A stretch of DNA of 58,298 nt from an uncultured Candidatus Saccharibacteria bacterium (GCA_964576685.1 CAZNVC010000004.1:1-58298); one strand, 5' to 3'. Numbered from the stretch's first letter, positions 19,079 to 28,268 are shown. The notes: a model not told the origin generated them from the sequence alone. Made by a program: numbers and translations.

Positions 19079-21412
19079 ATGAACAATGACAGAAACTTTG
19101 ATGCATACATTCGTGCTGCTAACTATCTTGCTGCGGCGCAAATTTTTTTAAAAGATAATTTTTTACTCGAGCGACCACTTACGTTTGATGACATTAAACC
19201 GCGTCTCTTAGGTCATTGGGGGACATGTCCAGGTATTAATCTCTTATATGCACATTTGAATTATCTTGTTCAAAAGCATGACATCGACATGCTCTTTGTA
19301 CTTGGTCCTGGCCACGGATTCGCTGGCCTTCAAGCAAACCTTTTTATTGAAGGGACTCTTTCAAAATATTATCCAGACATTCCACAAAATGGTGATGGGC
19401 TACAGAAAATGGTGAAAGCATTTAGTTGGCCATATGGATTCCCGAGTCACACTAACCCTGGTACACCAGGAGCAATTCTAGAAGGAGGGGAACTTGGATA
19501 TTCACTTTCTACAGCATATGGTGCTGTGCTTGATAATCCTGGTCTTATTGCAGTTGCTATGATTGGGGATGGAGAAGCAGAGACTGGTCCAATGGCAACT
19601 GCATGGCACCTCAATAAATTTATTGATCCAGCAACAAATGGTACAGTGCTTCCTGTGCTTCATCGTAATGGGTACAAAATTTCTGGGCCAACAATCTATG
19701 GTCGTATGTCTAACGAGGAACTTAATGCACTTTTCACTGGCTACGGATATCATCCATACTTTGTCGACGGTGGTGAAGGTGTTCATGAACGACTTTCGCA
19801 GACACTTGAAAATTGTTACCAAGAAATTCAGGAGCTAAAGAGGACTTCCCCTGTATCACCTCGAATGCCGATGATCATTCTTACCACGCTTAAAGGTGAA
19901 GGAGGTATTAAAGAGCTCCATGGAAAGAAAATCGAAGGTAACTTCGCTTCTCATCAGGTGGTTGCAACACTTGCAAAGACAGACGAAGGAGAGTTGCGAC
20001 AAGTTGAAGAATGGCTTCGTTCCTACAGGTTCCATGAACTGTTCAGTAGAGAGCATGGCTTTATTGATGATATTAAGGCCCTCATTCCTCGTGATGAGAG
20101 AAGGATAGGAAACAATAGGCAATGTTTTGGTGGTGAAGCAGTATGTCATGATCTCTTCTTGCCAGAAGTTGATGAAGATGCAGGAGAAGTAAAAGAGCGT
20201 GGAGTATCCCTTGTGAGTAATATGAAAGCTGCAGGGAGTTACCTTAAGCGTGTTATCGAAATGAATGATCTTTCAAAGAACTTTAGAGTATTTTCTCCAG
20301 ACGAAACATATTCCAACAAGCTCGATGCTATTTTCCAAGCAACCCCACGAGCATTCGTATGGCCACACATGGATCATGATGAAGATTTAGCAAAGAATGG
20401 TCGAGTGATCGAGATGCTCTCTGAGCACTCTCTCCAAGGTCTCATGCAGGGATATGTGCTCACTGGTCGTCATGCTATTTTCCCATCGTATGAAGCATTC
20501 GTACAAATTGTTGGAAGTATGACCGATCAGTATACGAAGTTCATTCGTGTTGCACGCGATATTCCTTGGCGTGGACACGTATCATCGCTCAACTACATCT
20601 TAACCTCACCAGGATGGGCACAGGAACATAATGGATTTTCTCATCAGAATCCAGGATTTATTGATACCATCCTTCAGAAACACGGGGACTTTGTGCATGT
20701 ATATTTCCCAGCAGATAGAAACACGACACTTGTTGCTCTTAAAAAATCTCTTGCATCAAAAGAAGAAATCAACGCCATCGTTTCTGGTAAGGCTGATTTC
20801 CCAGAGTGGCTTACGCTTTCTGAGGCACGTGAAGCACTTGAGCGTGGTGTGATGGTATGGGATTTTGCAAGTGATGTAAATCCAGATATCGTGCTTGCTT
20901 CAGTGGGGGACTATCTCACGAAGGAGTGTCTTGCTGCTATCACTATCCTTAAAGAAGATGCGCCAGAAATCAAGATTCGCTTTGTTAATATTCTTGAACT
21001 CACCGCTGCCGGAATTGGTTCTAATAACAAGAATATTCCATTCTCTTCGTTTGATGATTATTTCACCCATGATAAGCCTGTTATTGTGAACTTCCACGGG
21101 TACCCAGAAACAATCAAGCAAAAACTGTTTGACCAAAAGAGTGCCCATAATCGTTTCTTTGTGCATGGCTATAAGGAACACGGTTCAACAACAACACCGT
21201 TTGATATGCAAGTGCGTAACCAGACAAGTCGCCTTCACCTTGCAATAGAAGCGGTAGCACTCGTAGAAAAGACAGGAGTTATTTCTCCTAACAAGGCCTC
21301 AGAGCTTGTGCTTAAATATAAGCGACTCCTCGAAGAACACCTTGTGTATATCAAGGAGCACGGAGAAGATCCAGCATATATTGCAAATTGGCAATGGAAA
21401 AGAACATTTTAG
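19079..21412 (+). CDS. xfp: Xylulose-5-phosphate/fructose-6-phosphate phosphoketolase
   Basis: 777 aa. Shows the LLGHWGTCPG, EGGELGY and GDGEAETG (ThDP) motifs diagnostic of XFP. Confidence 0.95.
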   Translation: MNNDRNFDAYIRAANYLAAAQIFLKDNFLLERPLTFDDIKPRLLGHWGTCPGINLLYAHLNYLVQKHDIDMLFVLGPGHGFAGLQANLFIEGTLSKYYPDIPQNGDGLQKMVKAFSWPYGFPSHTNPGTPGAILEGGELGYSLSTAYGAVLDNPGLIAVAMIGDGEAETGPMATAWHLNKFIDPATNGTVLPVLHRNGYKISGPTIYGRMSNEELNALFTGYGYHPYFVDGGEGVHERLSQTLENCYQEIQELKRTSPVSPRMPMIILTTLKGEGGIKELHGKKIEGNFASHQVVATLAKTDEGELRQVEEWLRSYRFHELFSREHGFIDDIKALIPRDERRIGNNRQCFGGEAVCHDLFLPEVDEDAGEVKERGVSLVSNMKAAGSYLKRVIEMNDLSKNFRVFSPDETYSNKLDAIFQATPRAFVWPHMDHDEDLAKNGRVIEMLSEHSLQGLMQGYVLTGRHAIFPSYEAFVQIVGSMTDQYTKFIRVARDIPWRGHVSSLNYILTSPGWAQEHNGFSHQNPGFIDTILQKHGDFVHVYFPADRNTTLVALKKSLASKEEINAIVSGKADFPEWLTLSEAREALERGVMVWDFASDVNPDIVLASVGDYLTKECLAAITILKEDAPEIKIRFVNILELTAAGIGSNNKNIPFSSFDDYFTHDKPVIVNFHGYPETIKQKLFDQKSAHNRFFVHGYKEHGSTTTPFDMQVRNQTSRLHLAIEAVALVEKTGVISPNKASELVLKYKRLLEEHLVYIKEHGEDPAYIANWQWKRTF

Positions 21413-22554
21413 TTATCAATATCGGCAGTTCATCTAAGAAGTACTCTCTCTATCAAGGAGGGAGTCTTCTCCTTGGAGGACATTATGAGCGTGACAAAAG
21501 TACGTATGCAGTAACTTATACCGGAGAAGAGGCAAGAGAAATCCGGGAAGAGGTATTTGTTGAGAGTCTCACTACTTTTTACTCAACACTAAGAGAACGA
21601 GGTCATATTCATGACGAGAACCCACTGTCTGCGATAGGAATACGTCTTGTTGCCCCAGGGGATTACTTTACCGAGGACCGTGTAGTTGATGATACTTTTT
21701 TGGAAAAGCTTTCCTTTGTTGCACAAGAAGATATGGCACACATAGCACCCTTAGAGAAGGAGCTTAGGAAGGCAAAGGAATTGTTTACTCATGTTCCCGT
21801 TATCGCTGTATCAGATAGTGCGTTCCACACAACAATGCCTTCTGTTGCAAAATACTATGCGCTCCCACCATCACTTGTCGAAGATGAAGGGGTCTATCGA
21901 TTCGGCTATCATGGTATTTCTTTATCGAGTATTGTCGAGGCATTATCTCATCGACCGTGGGGACTTGAGAGAAAGGCTATCATTTGTCATTTAGGGAGCG
22001 GGGCAAGTGTTACTGCAGTTCTCGACGGGAAGAGTATTGATACTTCGATGGGATATTCTCCACTTGAAGGACTGATCATGAGTTCTCGAATTGGAACTAT
22101 TGATGTTGGAGCAGTACTTCATGTATTAAAAAAGAAAAGTGTGCAAGAGTTGCAGGAAATTCTCTATACTAAAAGTGGTCTACTTGCATTAAGTGGTCTT
22201 TCTGATGATATGCGAGTGCTCATCGATGCAGAAAAAGAAGGGCATGAGGGAGCACACCGTGCTATTGAAGCATTTGCGTATGCTATACAAAAGCATATTG
22301 GCATGTATATGGCAGTGCTTGGTGGAGTTGATGTGATTGTCTTTTCTGGGACAATTGGCGAAAGATCGTTCATACTTCGTGATCGTATCTGTCAGGGGCT
22401 TTCGTGGCTTAATGTGCACTTAGATCACGAAAAGAATACTCATGCGAAGAGTGGTGACTATATAGGGTGCGATGGGTCACTTGGAGTCTGTGTTATGCAT
22501 TCTGATGAGGATATGGAGATTATGAGAAAGACAGTAGCAGTACTTGAAAAATAG
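21394..22554 (+). CDS. ackA: Acetate kinase
   Basis: N-terminus ILVINIGSSSKKY, plus GYHGIS and EIMRK-type motifs. The ATG overlaps the xfp 3' end by 19 nt. Confidence 0.9.
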   Translation: MEKNILVINIGSSSKKYSLYQGGSLLLGGHYERDKSTYAVTYTGEEAREIREEVFVESLTTFYSTLRERGHIHDENPLSAIGIRLVAPGDYFTEDRVVDDTFLEKLSFVAQEDMAHIAPLEKELRKAKELFTHVPVIAVSDSAFHTTMPSVAKYYALPPSLVEDEGVYRFGYHGISLSSIVEALSHRPWGLERKAIICHLGSGASVTAVLDGKSIDTSMGYSPLEGLIMSSRIGTIDVGAVLHVLKKKSVQELQEILYTKSGLLALSGLSDDMRVLIDAEKEGHEGAHRAIEAFAYAIQKHIGMYMAVLGGVDVIVFSGTIGERSFILRDRICQGLSWLNVHLDHEKNTHAKSGDYIGCDGSLGVCVMHSDEDMEIMRKTVAVLEK

Positions 22555-22616
22555 GATCTTTAGTATAGAATTACGTGTGGGGTAAGGTGCTACCACTCTT
22601 GTCATAAAGGAAACTG

Positions 22617-22832
22617 ATGAAACATGGTAACCTTAAAAGTGATCTAAAGCTTTTGTTTTTTAAGGACAAATATCAAGTATTTCTCTGGGTTTTCTTCATA
22701 CTCAGTTATTACTTTTTGTATGACGATTTGAGTACGAAAGGAACTGTACACATACTTACTGTTGTCTTTTTGGTAATTGCTACCGTAGGTGTCTTTCTTT
22801 CTTGTAAGGAGTTTATAACTCATCGAAATTAA
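22617..22832 (+). CDS. Small two-TM membrane protein (hypothetical)
   Basis: 71-aa ORF with two hydrophobic helices. Followed by a terminator at 22882-22910. Confidence 0.35.
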   Translation: MKHGNLKSDLKLLFFKDKYQVFLWVFFILSYYFLYDDLSTKGTVHILTVVFLVIATVGVFLSCKEFITHRN

Positions 22833-22984
22833 GAAGGGGTACCCATGCTTCATCAATTATCTTTCATATATTCGTGCCCCTAAAGCCACCCTCAGTGGCT
22901 TTTGTTGTTATTGGTGATAATACATTGTAGACTTATTGTAGTGTTACGGTGTCTATTTTATCCGTTGTTTTCTATTAAAAAATT

Positions 22985-23497
22985 ATGAATCATAACAATC
23001 TTGCAAAAAATAAAACACTCTACATTGTTGTAGGGATTGTGGTTGTCGTTGTATTACTTAAAGTGATTGGTGGTATTGTGGGTGGGGGAATTGAAAGCGC
23101 CGTCACAGGAGGCACTGTCAAAAGAGATATACGTGGGGCAACTACGTATTCAAACAGCGAAGGATCAGTGACGGTTGGAGGAACTTCGTATCCTGATAAT
23201 TGGCCAAGTGATGCACCTAAGTATTCAAATGCGAATATTCAGTATTCGGGCGCTACCAACCCTCAGAATGGAAGCGCGGGTGCTTCTGTTGTCTTTACTA
23301 CAAAAGATACCGCGAGTGCAGTTGCTGATTTTTATAAGAGAGAACTTCCAGCAAGTGGGTGGAAGATAGAACAGACCATGAATACAGGCGGAGCTACTGT
23401 TATGGCGGCGAAAAAGGATACAAGAACAATTGGTATCTATATCGTTGAATCTGAAGGTACTGTTAGTGTAACGATAGGGGTGGAAATGGGGAAGTAA
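22985..23497 (+). CDS. Membrane-anchored exported hypothetical protein
   Basis: N-terminal TM (LYIVVGIVVVVVLLKVIGGIVGG) followed by a ~130-aa domain. Confidence 0.55.
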   Translation: MNHNNLAKNKTLYIVVGIVVVVVLLKVIGGIVGGGIESAVTGGTVKRDIRGATTYSNSEGSVTVGGTSYPDNWPSDAPKYSNANIQYSGATNPQNGSAGASVVFTTKDTASAVADFYKRELPASGWKIEQTMNTGGATVMAAKKDTRTIGIYIVESEGTVSVTIGVEMGK

Positions 23498-23510
23498 CAT
23501 TTATAGTTAC

Positions 23511-23541
23511 AAAAAACAACGTCGGGTGACGTTGTTTTTTT
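23511..23541 (+). terminator. Rho-independent terminator
   Basis: 13-bp stem aaaaaacaacgtc/gacgttgtttttt with loop gggt. Confidence 0.8.
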
Positions 23542-23685
23542 GTGCATATATAAAATGTCTCACTCCCTTTTATAGGTAAAACTTTATTTCCCCAGCACTA
23601 GAGTTTCGTCTAATTTTTTGATAGAATGCCACATGAATCGTGACGTGTATCATGTTCCTTGTTTCAAGAAAAGGGGATAAATACT

Positions 23686-24150
23686 ATGGATGTGGCAGTT
23701 CAGCCAAGAAATCTTTTGACCGTCAATCAGTTTCTTGCATTGCTCGATCAGAGTAACCGGTCTGCTCATTGGGTGCAGGCTACTCTATGCCAGTGCCGTG
23801 ATTCGATTATTCGTATTTATAAAAAGGATTCGGCACTGTGTGACATCATTATGGGGAATCATAGCTATACATGTCTGCCTATTATTGATAAACCTTTACA
23901 GGTTGTTATCGAAGCTAGAGATAGCCATGAAGAAATAACTGGGGCTCTCTACTGTTATCATCAAAGAACAGAAGGCAAAGACCCTGAGGTGTGGGATAGT
24001 CGAATTTGGGGAGAACTTTATCACAAATTTGGTTATGGCTACTATTTTTCTGGTGCGTTCAGTAATCGTCGAACCATCGTCTTGACTGATTATGCGTATA
24101 GACCAGATCCCTTCGACAAGGATTTATTCATCAGTCTTGGAATTAAATAA
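23686..24150 (+). CDS. Hypothetical protein (orphan)
   Basis: ATG preceded by AAGGGGA. Terminator hairpin ccgcatgg-GAAA-ccatgcgg at 24204-24223. Confidence 0.5.
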   Translation: MDVAVQPRNLLTVNQFLALLDQSNRSAHWVQATLCQCRDSIIRIYKKDSALCDIIMGNHSYTCLPIIDKPLQVVIEARDSHEEITGALYCYHQRTEGKDPEVWDSRIWGELYHKFGYGYYFSGAFSNRRTIVLTDYAYRPDPFDKDLFISLGIK

Positions 24151-24338
24151 TCTTCTCAGTGCGCCACAAGTGTTTCCGTGAGATTTGTTTTAATAAGTAA
24201 TTGCCGCATGGGAAACCATGCGGTTTCTCTATTTATTTTTCGTGTGTATTCTAGTACTAGAACGAGTATGATGAAATGGGGTATAAAACACTAATACTGA
24301 AAAAGAGGTGTTTTTCGGTACATTTGCCACATCAGTCA

Positions 24339-24367
24339 TTGACAAATAGTTGTATTAGTGTTACAGT
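24339..24367 (+). promoter_or_regulatory. Sigma70-type promoter TTGACA-17-TG.TACAGT
   Basis: -35 TTGACA at 24339-24344, 17-nt spacer, extended -10 at 24359-24367. GGAG Shine-Dalgarno at 24393-24396. Confidence 0.7.
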
Positions 24368-24406
24368 ACTATCTATTGCTCTTTATTTCATCACGGAGAT
24401 GTGTAA

Positions 24407-24865
24407 ATGCTTATTAATATTGCTAAAGCTGAAACAGTAGATCGGCAACCCCGCTTCCTCGAGAAGTATGAAGCGGATAACACTTCTTCTTCGTTTGAAG
24501 CACTTCGTCAGCAAGGTTATAGGTTTTGCATGGGTGTTCGGCCTGGGCGCAGGATTACGGTCGGTTCCATGTGGTTAGAATGGAGACAGCTTGGGACGGT
24601 CATTTTCTTTTTTAAAGATGAAATTCCAGAGGATATGCTTGAACGTCTGAGAGTTGGCAAAAGGAATTTGAATCTGAAAGAAATTCCAACGGTTGAGTAT
24701 AGGAAGTTTTACCACGAAATGTCGAGTGTTGGAAGGTCGTGGTACAAAGCAGTCCTCACTCCGCGTGATGTTAAACAATGGATCAATTTTTTTGAGGCAA
24801 CATCAGCTCAATTTTGTGGAATTGATGTCCTTGTCGACCAAGGACGTTTCCCTTGGAAGGATTAA
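24407..24865 (+). CDS. Hypothetical protein (orphan)
   Basis: 152-aa ORF with its own promoter, Shine-Dalgarno and terminator. No recognisable family. Confidence 0.55.
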   Translation: MLINIAKAETVDRQPRFLEKYEADNTSSSFEALRQQGYRFCMGVRPGRRITVGSMWLEWRQLGTVIFFFKDEIPEDMLERLRVGKRNLNLKEIPTVEYRKFYHEMSSVGRSWYKAVLTPRDVKQWINFFEATSAQFCGIDVLVDQGRFPWKD

Positions 24866-24881
24866 ACACCGCCGAATATGC

Positions 24882-24908
24882 AAAACCGCTTCGGCGGTTT
24901 TGTTTTTT
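24882..24908 (+). terminator. Rho-independent terminator with UUCG tetraloop
   Basis: aaaaccgc-ttcg-gcggtttt followed by gtttttt. Confidence 0.8.
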
Positions 24909-24913
24909 ATGTT

Positions 24914-25071
24914 GCTGGGGTACAAGGACTCGGTCACGAGTCTGCCTCGCTGCGCTCGAAGCAGATTCTCGACCCCGTATTCGAGTCCTTACGCAAGCAA
25001 AGCAGTTTGCTTGCTGTACCCCAAGCTAACACGAAGTGTAAGAACGCTTCGCGTGCAATGAGAATGTGTTA
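24914..25071. repeat. 158-nt structured repeat unit starting with a copy of the tRNA-Gln 3' end (copy A)
   Basis: Begins gctggggtacaaggactcgg (19/20 match to the 3' end of the tRNA-Gln gene). About 92% identical to 28491-28647. Followed by a second gctgggg at 25072. Confidence 0.85.
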
Positions 25072-25152
25072 GCTGGGGCTATGGGACGAAGTTGGAACAA
25101 TTTTGAAGGAAGAGGGTGTTGCTCTTACTTGTTGAACCCATCTGATTTTTGT

Positions 25153-25180
25153 TTGACAATATCCTGTTTAATGCTATAGT
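25153..25180 (+). promoter_or_regulatory. Sigma70-type promoter TTGACA-16-TG.TATAGT
   Basis: -35 at 25153-25158 and -10 at 25175-25180 with a TG extension. Confidence 0.65.
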
Positions 25181-25209
25181 AAAAGTGATAGTCGTTTTAG
25201 GGGAAAAGT

Positions 25210-25425
25210 ATGAATGTTCCACAGGGTGTTGTAAAGCTAGATGTGAGATTACTACAGCTTGTTGATTCTCTAGAAATAGCCTCTATCCTTCTTAGGAGAG
25301 AGGGAAGAGAAGAGGATGCTGTCTCTTTATTTAGATTACGAATAAAAATAAGGGAAGGTCTTTCTTATGAAAATGCTAAACCTATTTTTGATAAACATAC
25401 AAAATCTCTTTTAGGAGAAAAATAA
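25210..25425 (+). CDS. Small hypothetical protein
   Basis: 71-aa ORF with an AGGGGA Shine-Dalgarno. Bidirectional terminator immediately after. Confidence 0.45.
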   Translation: MNVPQGVVKLDVRLLQLVDSLEIASILLRREGREEDAVSLFRLRIKIREGLSYENAKPIFDKHTKSLLGEK

Positions 25426-25449
25426 ACCCGCCTAAACGAAGGCGGGTTT
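25424..25449. terminator. Bidirectional terminator
   Basis: Stem aaacccgcc/ggcgggttt with an 8-nt loop, between convergent ORFs. Confidence 0.75.
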
Positions 25450-25464
25450 CACTGATGGTTCAAC

Positions 25465-25707
25465 CTAGGGTTTGGAAGGATGAGGGTAGCTGATGTACAT
25501 CTCTCTACCGTTCCTGCATCTTGCTACCATACGAACATTACCACGTTCCGATTTGATGACAAGGATTCCTTCCAGTCCTCCGTACTCCTTGCAGACTTCA
25601 AAGGCATCTTCATATTGAGACGCCTTCAGGTAGACCCTCTGTTCCGGTTCCGCTTGAACCGAAAACGAGGTGATGAATCCTGCCAAGAACAAGACGAACA
25701 AGTGCAT
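25465..25707 (-). CDS. Small secreted hypothetical protein
   Basis: Signal peptide MHLFVLFLAGFITSFSVQA and a ~60-aa mature part. Consensus promoter upstream. Confidence 0.5.
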   Translation of the reverse strand: MHLFVLFLAGFITSFSVQAEPEQRVYLKASQYEDAFEVCKEYGGLEGILVIKSERGNVRMVARCRNGREMYISYPHPSKP

Positions 25708-25742
25708 TTGGCAACCTTTTCTTAGGTTAATGAGCGAATTTT

Positions 25743-25770
25743 ATTATATACTGTTTATTTTATTTGTCAA
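25743..25770 (-). promoter_or_regulatory. Consensus promoter TTGACA-16-TATAAT (minus strand)
   Basis: Reverse complement reads TTGACAaataaaataaacagtaTATAAT. Confidence 0.7.
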
Positions 25771-25845
25771 GTTTTAGGATGAGAACGGATACCTATGCAA
25801 GGCTTGACTCGGTCAATACCTTTTCTATTCATGGAATAAAAAATT

Positions 25846-25874
25846 TTGACAAATTCTAATATCTAATTTATAAT
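25846..25874 (+). promoter_or_regulatory. Consensus promoter TTGACA-17-TATAAT
   Basis: Perfect -35 (25846-25851) and -10 (25869-25874) hexamers with a 17-nt spacer. Confidence 0.75.
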
Positions 25875-25931
25875 ATAAAAGATTCTGCTTAAGGCAGAAG
25901 TGTTTTGTAATCACTCTTTTTAGGTATTTTG

Positions 25932-26441
25932 ATGAACAATTCAATGCTGCTGACGCGGTGGGTCATTTGCGCCGAATCGGGTGTGCGACTTGACGAGATC
26001 GACCCTGACGCACCCACGAAGTTGCGCGAATGGCGCCTGAAGTATAGGCTGATCTGTGTGGTCACCCCAAAGGAGTTCCATAAGACTCTCGTGGAGGCGC
26101 TCGACTCTGGTGCGCGCGATGTGCGTGGTGTGAGCCTCATTTCTAGCGCTGACACCAAAGTGGTACTCAGTAATGGGTTCTCTGCCGAGCACACTCGTCG
26201 TCTCCGCTTGCGTACCATGTCGCAAGCGCAATTGCCGGATTTGGCAATTGAGCTCATCCAGCCTGACAATGCTGTTCTGGCTTGTTGGCTGGTAAGCAAG
26301 AGGACTGAAGTGGTAGCGTGTGCCCCTGCGGGTGCTGGCGATGAATGTGCTAGCGAGTACCACGATGCATTTCTCGAGTGGGTGTCGCTGGCCATGGATG
26401 GCGAAGATATTGACCTTCTCGACGAGATCTACGCAGGCTGA
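25932..26441 (+). CDS. Hypothetical acidic protein in a GC-rich segment
   Basis: ORF on the strand that has a promoter and a terminator. Sampled lines are 53-58% GC. No recognisable family. Confidence 0.5.
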   Translation: MNNSMLLTRWVICAESGVRLDEIDPDAPTKLREWRLKYRLICVVTPKEFHKTLVEALDSGARDVRGVSLISSADTKVVLSNGFSAEHTRRLRLRTMSQAQLPDLAIELIQPDNAVLACWLVSKRTEVVACAPAGAGDECASEYHDAFLEWVSLAMDGEDIDLLDEIYAG

Positions 26442-26479
26442 ATAGCTGCCGATACGTGCCCCACACAAGGAAGACCTTC

Positions 26480-26611
26480 ATGAGGAAAACATTTGCCGCT
26501 GTAGGAGTTATTGTAGTCATGCTGGTGTTTCTTAAGCCATGGTACAGTGACGAAAAAGGGGTGTGCATCAATTTCATGGGAGAAATTGGAACGAGAGTTT
26601 GCTCAAAGTAA
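26480..26611 (+). CDS. 43-aa hydrophobic peptide (MRKTFAAVGVIVVMLVFLKPWYSDEKGVCINFMGEIGTRVCSK)
   Basis: Not in the ORF track because it is under 60 aa. AAGGAAG Shine-Dalgarno upstream and one predicted TM. The terminator follows directly. Confidence 0.4.
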   Translation: MRKTFAAVGVIVVMLVFLKPWYSDEKGVCINFMGEIGTRVCSK

Positions 26612-26634
26612 GAGCAATTTCGGTCCACTCCTTG

Positions 26635-26664
26635 AGGCCACATAGACGTGGCCTTTTTCTTTTC
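26635..26664 (+). terminator. Rho-independent terminator
   Basis: Stem aggccac/gtggcct followed by ttttcttttc. Confidence 0.75.
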
Positions 26665-26705
26665 TACAATTGTATGCAGAGAAAGTGATACGAAGTGAAA
26701 CTATT

Positions 26706-27116
26706 TTACAACTCTAAAAATCTTTCTATTTTTTCTCTATCCTCATTACTATAATATGATGAATTTAAGTATGATTGGTTGAACCACTTTTTAACTCCCT
26801 CGATACCTTTGAATACATATGGCATATTTTCCCGGTCGAACGTTTTGCGAAGCCCCTTTATATCTTCAGGGTCCATCTCACCAAAAAGTTTTACAGCATC
26901 GTCTTCTACCTCTTGCTGAGTTCTTTCACTAGGAGGTTCTACTAATATGTAAGATAATGCTGTCCCGTTTTTGTGAGGGAATAACGTTTTAATGAGAATA
27001 TGCTTATTGTCACCAAATACAAGGTGTTCAACCTTTGGTGCCTTATCATGTTGCTCCAAATGCATCTCCTTTGTGATTTCTACCGTTGGTTGTCTTGGTT
27101 TCATCGAGAAGTTCAT
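26706..27116 (-). CDS. Hypothetical protein (orphan)
   Basis: 136-aa ORF with no recognisable family. Confidence 0.45.
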   Translation of the reverse strand: MNFSMKPRQPTVEITKEMHLEQHDKAPKVEHLVFGDNKHILIKTLFPHKNGTALSYILVEPPSERTQQEVEDDAVKLFGEMDPEDIKGLRKTFDRENMPYVFKGIEGVKKWFNQSYLNSSYYSNEDREKIERFLEL

Positions 27117-27298
27117 GTAGAGAGTATATCAGAACATATCATCCTTTTGCACATGAAGTAGCTCATGACCCGGTCAGCTAGTTGGTATTTTATTTCATCA
27201 CTTTACCATCATTCTGCTCTTCTTATTATGTTGCTGGGTCGCGGACGAAGTTGGAACCAATATAGTGAGAGAAAATTAGTTTTAAAAGGAAAGAGTAT

Positions 27299-28045
27299 TT
27301 ATACTAGAATAGGTTTATTTACGTCCAAGTCGCTACTGACTATTCTATAAAGAATCGTAAAGAGTAATAATTCAATAATTGATAGAGTGCTTCCAACCAG
27401 AATCTCAAGCGGACCTGATGCAGGTTTCAAATAAGTTCCTAATAAGTAGTTAAACACAAGGGTGATACAAAAAAGAGTTATTATTTGCCAGTAGTTTCCT
27501 TTTGATAATTCCCAACTAATTTTAAAGGAATCTTTTATAGTGGCAGTATTTTTTTCAACAATATAAAAAAGAGAAAAAAGGAGGCGTGGTGTTATTGTAA
27601 TAGTAAGAACAAAACCGATAATTAGAAATATCATCCCGCCGTATAACATACTAGTTGCTATTATATTTGGCCCACTGTCAGCAGCAAACATTGAAAGAAA
27701 AACTGACATACTACTAATGTAAAGAATTGCTCCAGGTAGACTAAATAATAGTAGGCAAATAGCAACAAAACGAAGTATTAATTTATAATTGAAAACTTTA
27801 ACTAGACTTTCTTTGGTCCTAAAAACACCACTAACTACATCAAGAGAAATCGAAAAAAGACTCAACGCTACAATAATTGTAATTGTAAGATCTAAAAAAA
27901 TACCGACCCCCTTTAAACTAAAAATAGTATTAATAGTCTTGATAAGAGATAAAAATAAAACGAGTACTACAAATATTTTAAATTCTCTTTTAAAAATCTG
28001 CCAAAAGGTTTTGAATACTCTAAGTAATTTTGATTCTGTCTGCAT
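27299..28045 (-). CDS. Multi-pass membrane protein (hypothetical)
   Basis: Five or six hydrophobic helices. ATG at 28045 lies 8 nt after a TACAAT box (28054-28059, minus strand). The longer ORF-track start runs into a repeat. Confidence 0.55.
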   Translation of the reverse strand: MQTESKLLRVFKTFWQIFKREFKIFVVLVLFLSLIKTINTIFSLKGVGIFLDLTITIIVALSLFSISLDVVSGVFRTKESLVKVFNYKLILRFVAICLLLFSLPGAILYISSMSVFLSMFAADSGPNIIATSMLYGGMIFLIIGFVLTITITPRLLFSLFYIVEKNTATIKDSFKISWELSKGNYWQIITLFCITLVFNYLLGTYLKPASGPLEILVGSTLSIIELLLFTILYRIVSSDLDVNKPILV

Positions 28046-28093
28046 ATTTTTTGATTGTACGTTTTTAAAGTATAACACCATTACTGAATTTAA

Positions 28094-28250
28094 TTGAGGC
28101 ACAAGGGCTCGTTCACAAAACTTCTCGTTGTAAACTCCTCGAAGCAGATTCCCGACCCGTATTCGAGCCCTTACAAAAGTGACGCAGTTTGCTTGCTGTA
28201 CCCCAAGCTAACACAGCAAAAGAAGTGCGCTTCGCACGCGATAAAAATAA
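28094..28250. repeat. Degenerate copy (B) of the tRNA-Gln-derived repeat unit
   Basis: The segments cacaagggctcg...tcgaagcagattc...cgtattcgag.ccttac...cagtttgcttgctgtaccccaagctaacac align with copies A and C. Confidence 0.7.
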
Positions 28251-28268
28251 GGTCTCGGTCATTACTTT

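Noticed and set aside
22605-22640. CUGAUGA...GAAAC string near 22612 as a hammerhead core
   Set aside because: It overlaps the start of a small ORF and lacks flanking complementary stems.
24878-25072. ORFs 24878-25072, 28094-28285, 28113-28424 and 28437-28742 reading through the repeat units and the tRNA
   Set aside because: They lie entirely in structured repeats, overlap the tRNA-Gln gene or terminators, and have no SD.
25889-26468. Minus-strand ORFs 25889-26395 and 25941-26468 overlapping the GC-rich gene
   Set aside because: They are typical long antisense ORFs of GC-rich DNA. Their products are Arg/His/Ser-rich and lack a promoter or SD. The plus strand has a consensus promoter and a terminator.
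23600-28100. Search for integrase, transposase, toxin-antitoxin or known defence genes in the orphan region
   Set aside because: None of the ORFs shows catalytic motifs I can recognise. There is no R-H-R-Y integrase tetrad context, DDE, HUH, PIN, HEPN or nuclease/ATPase Walker motif. No functional call is made.
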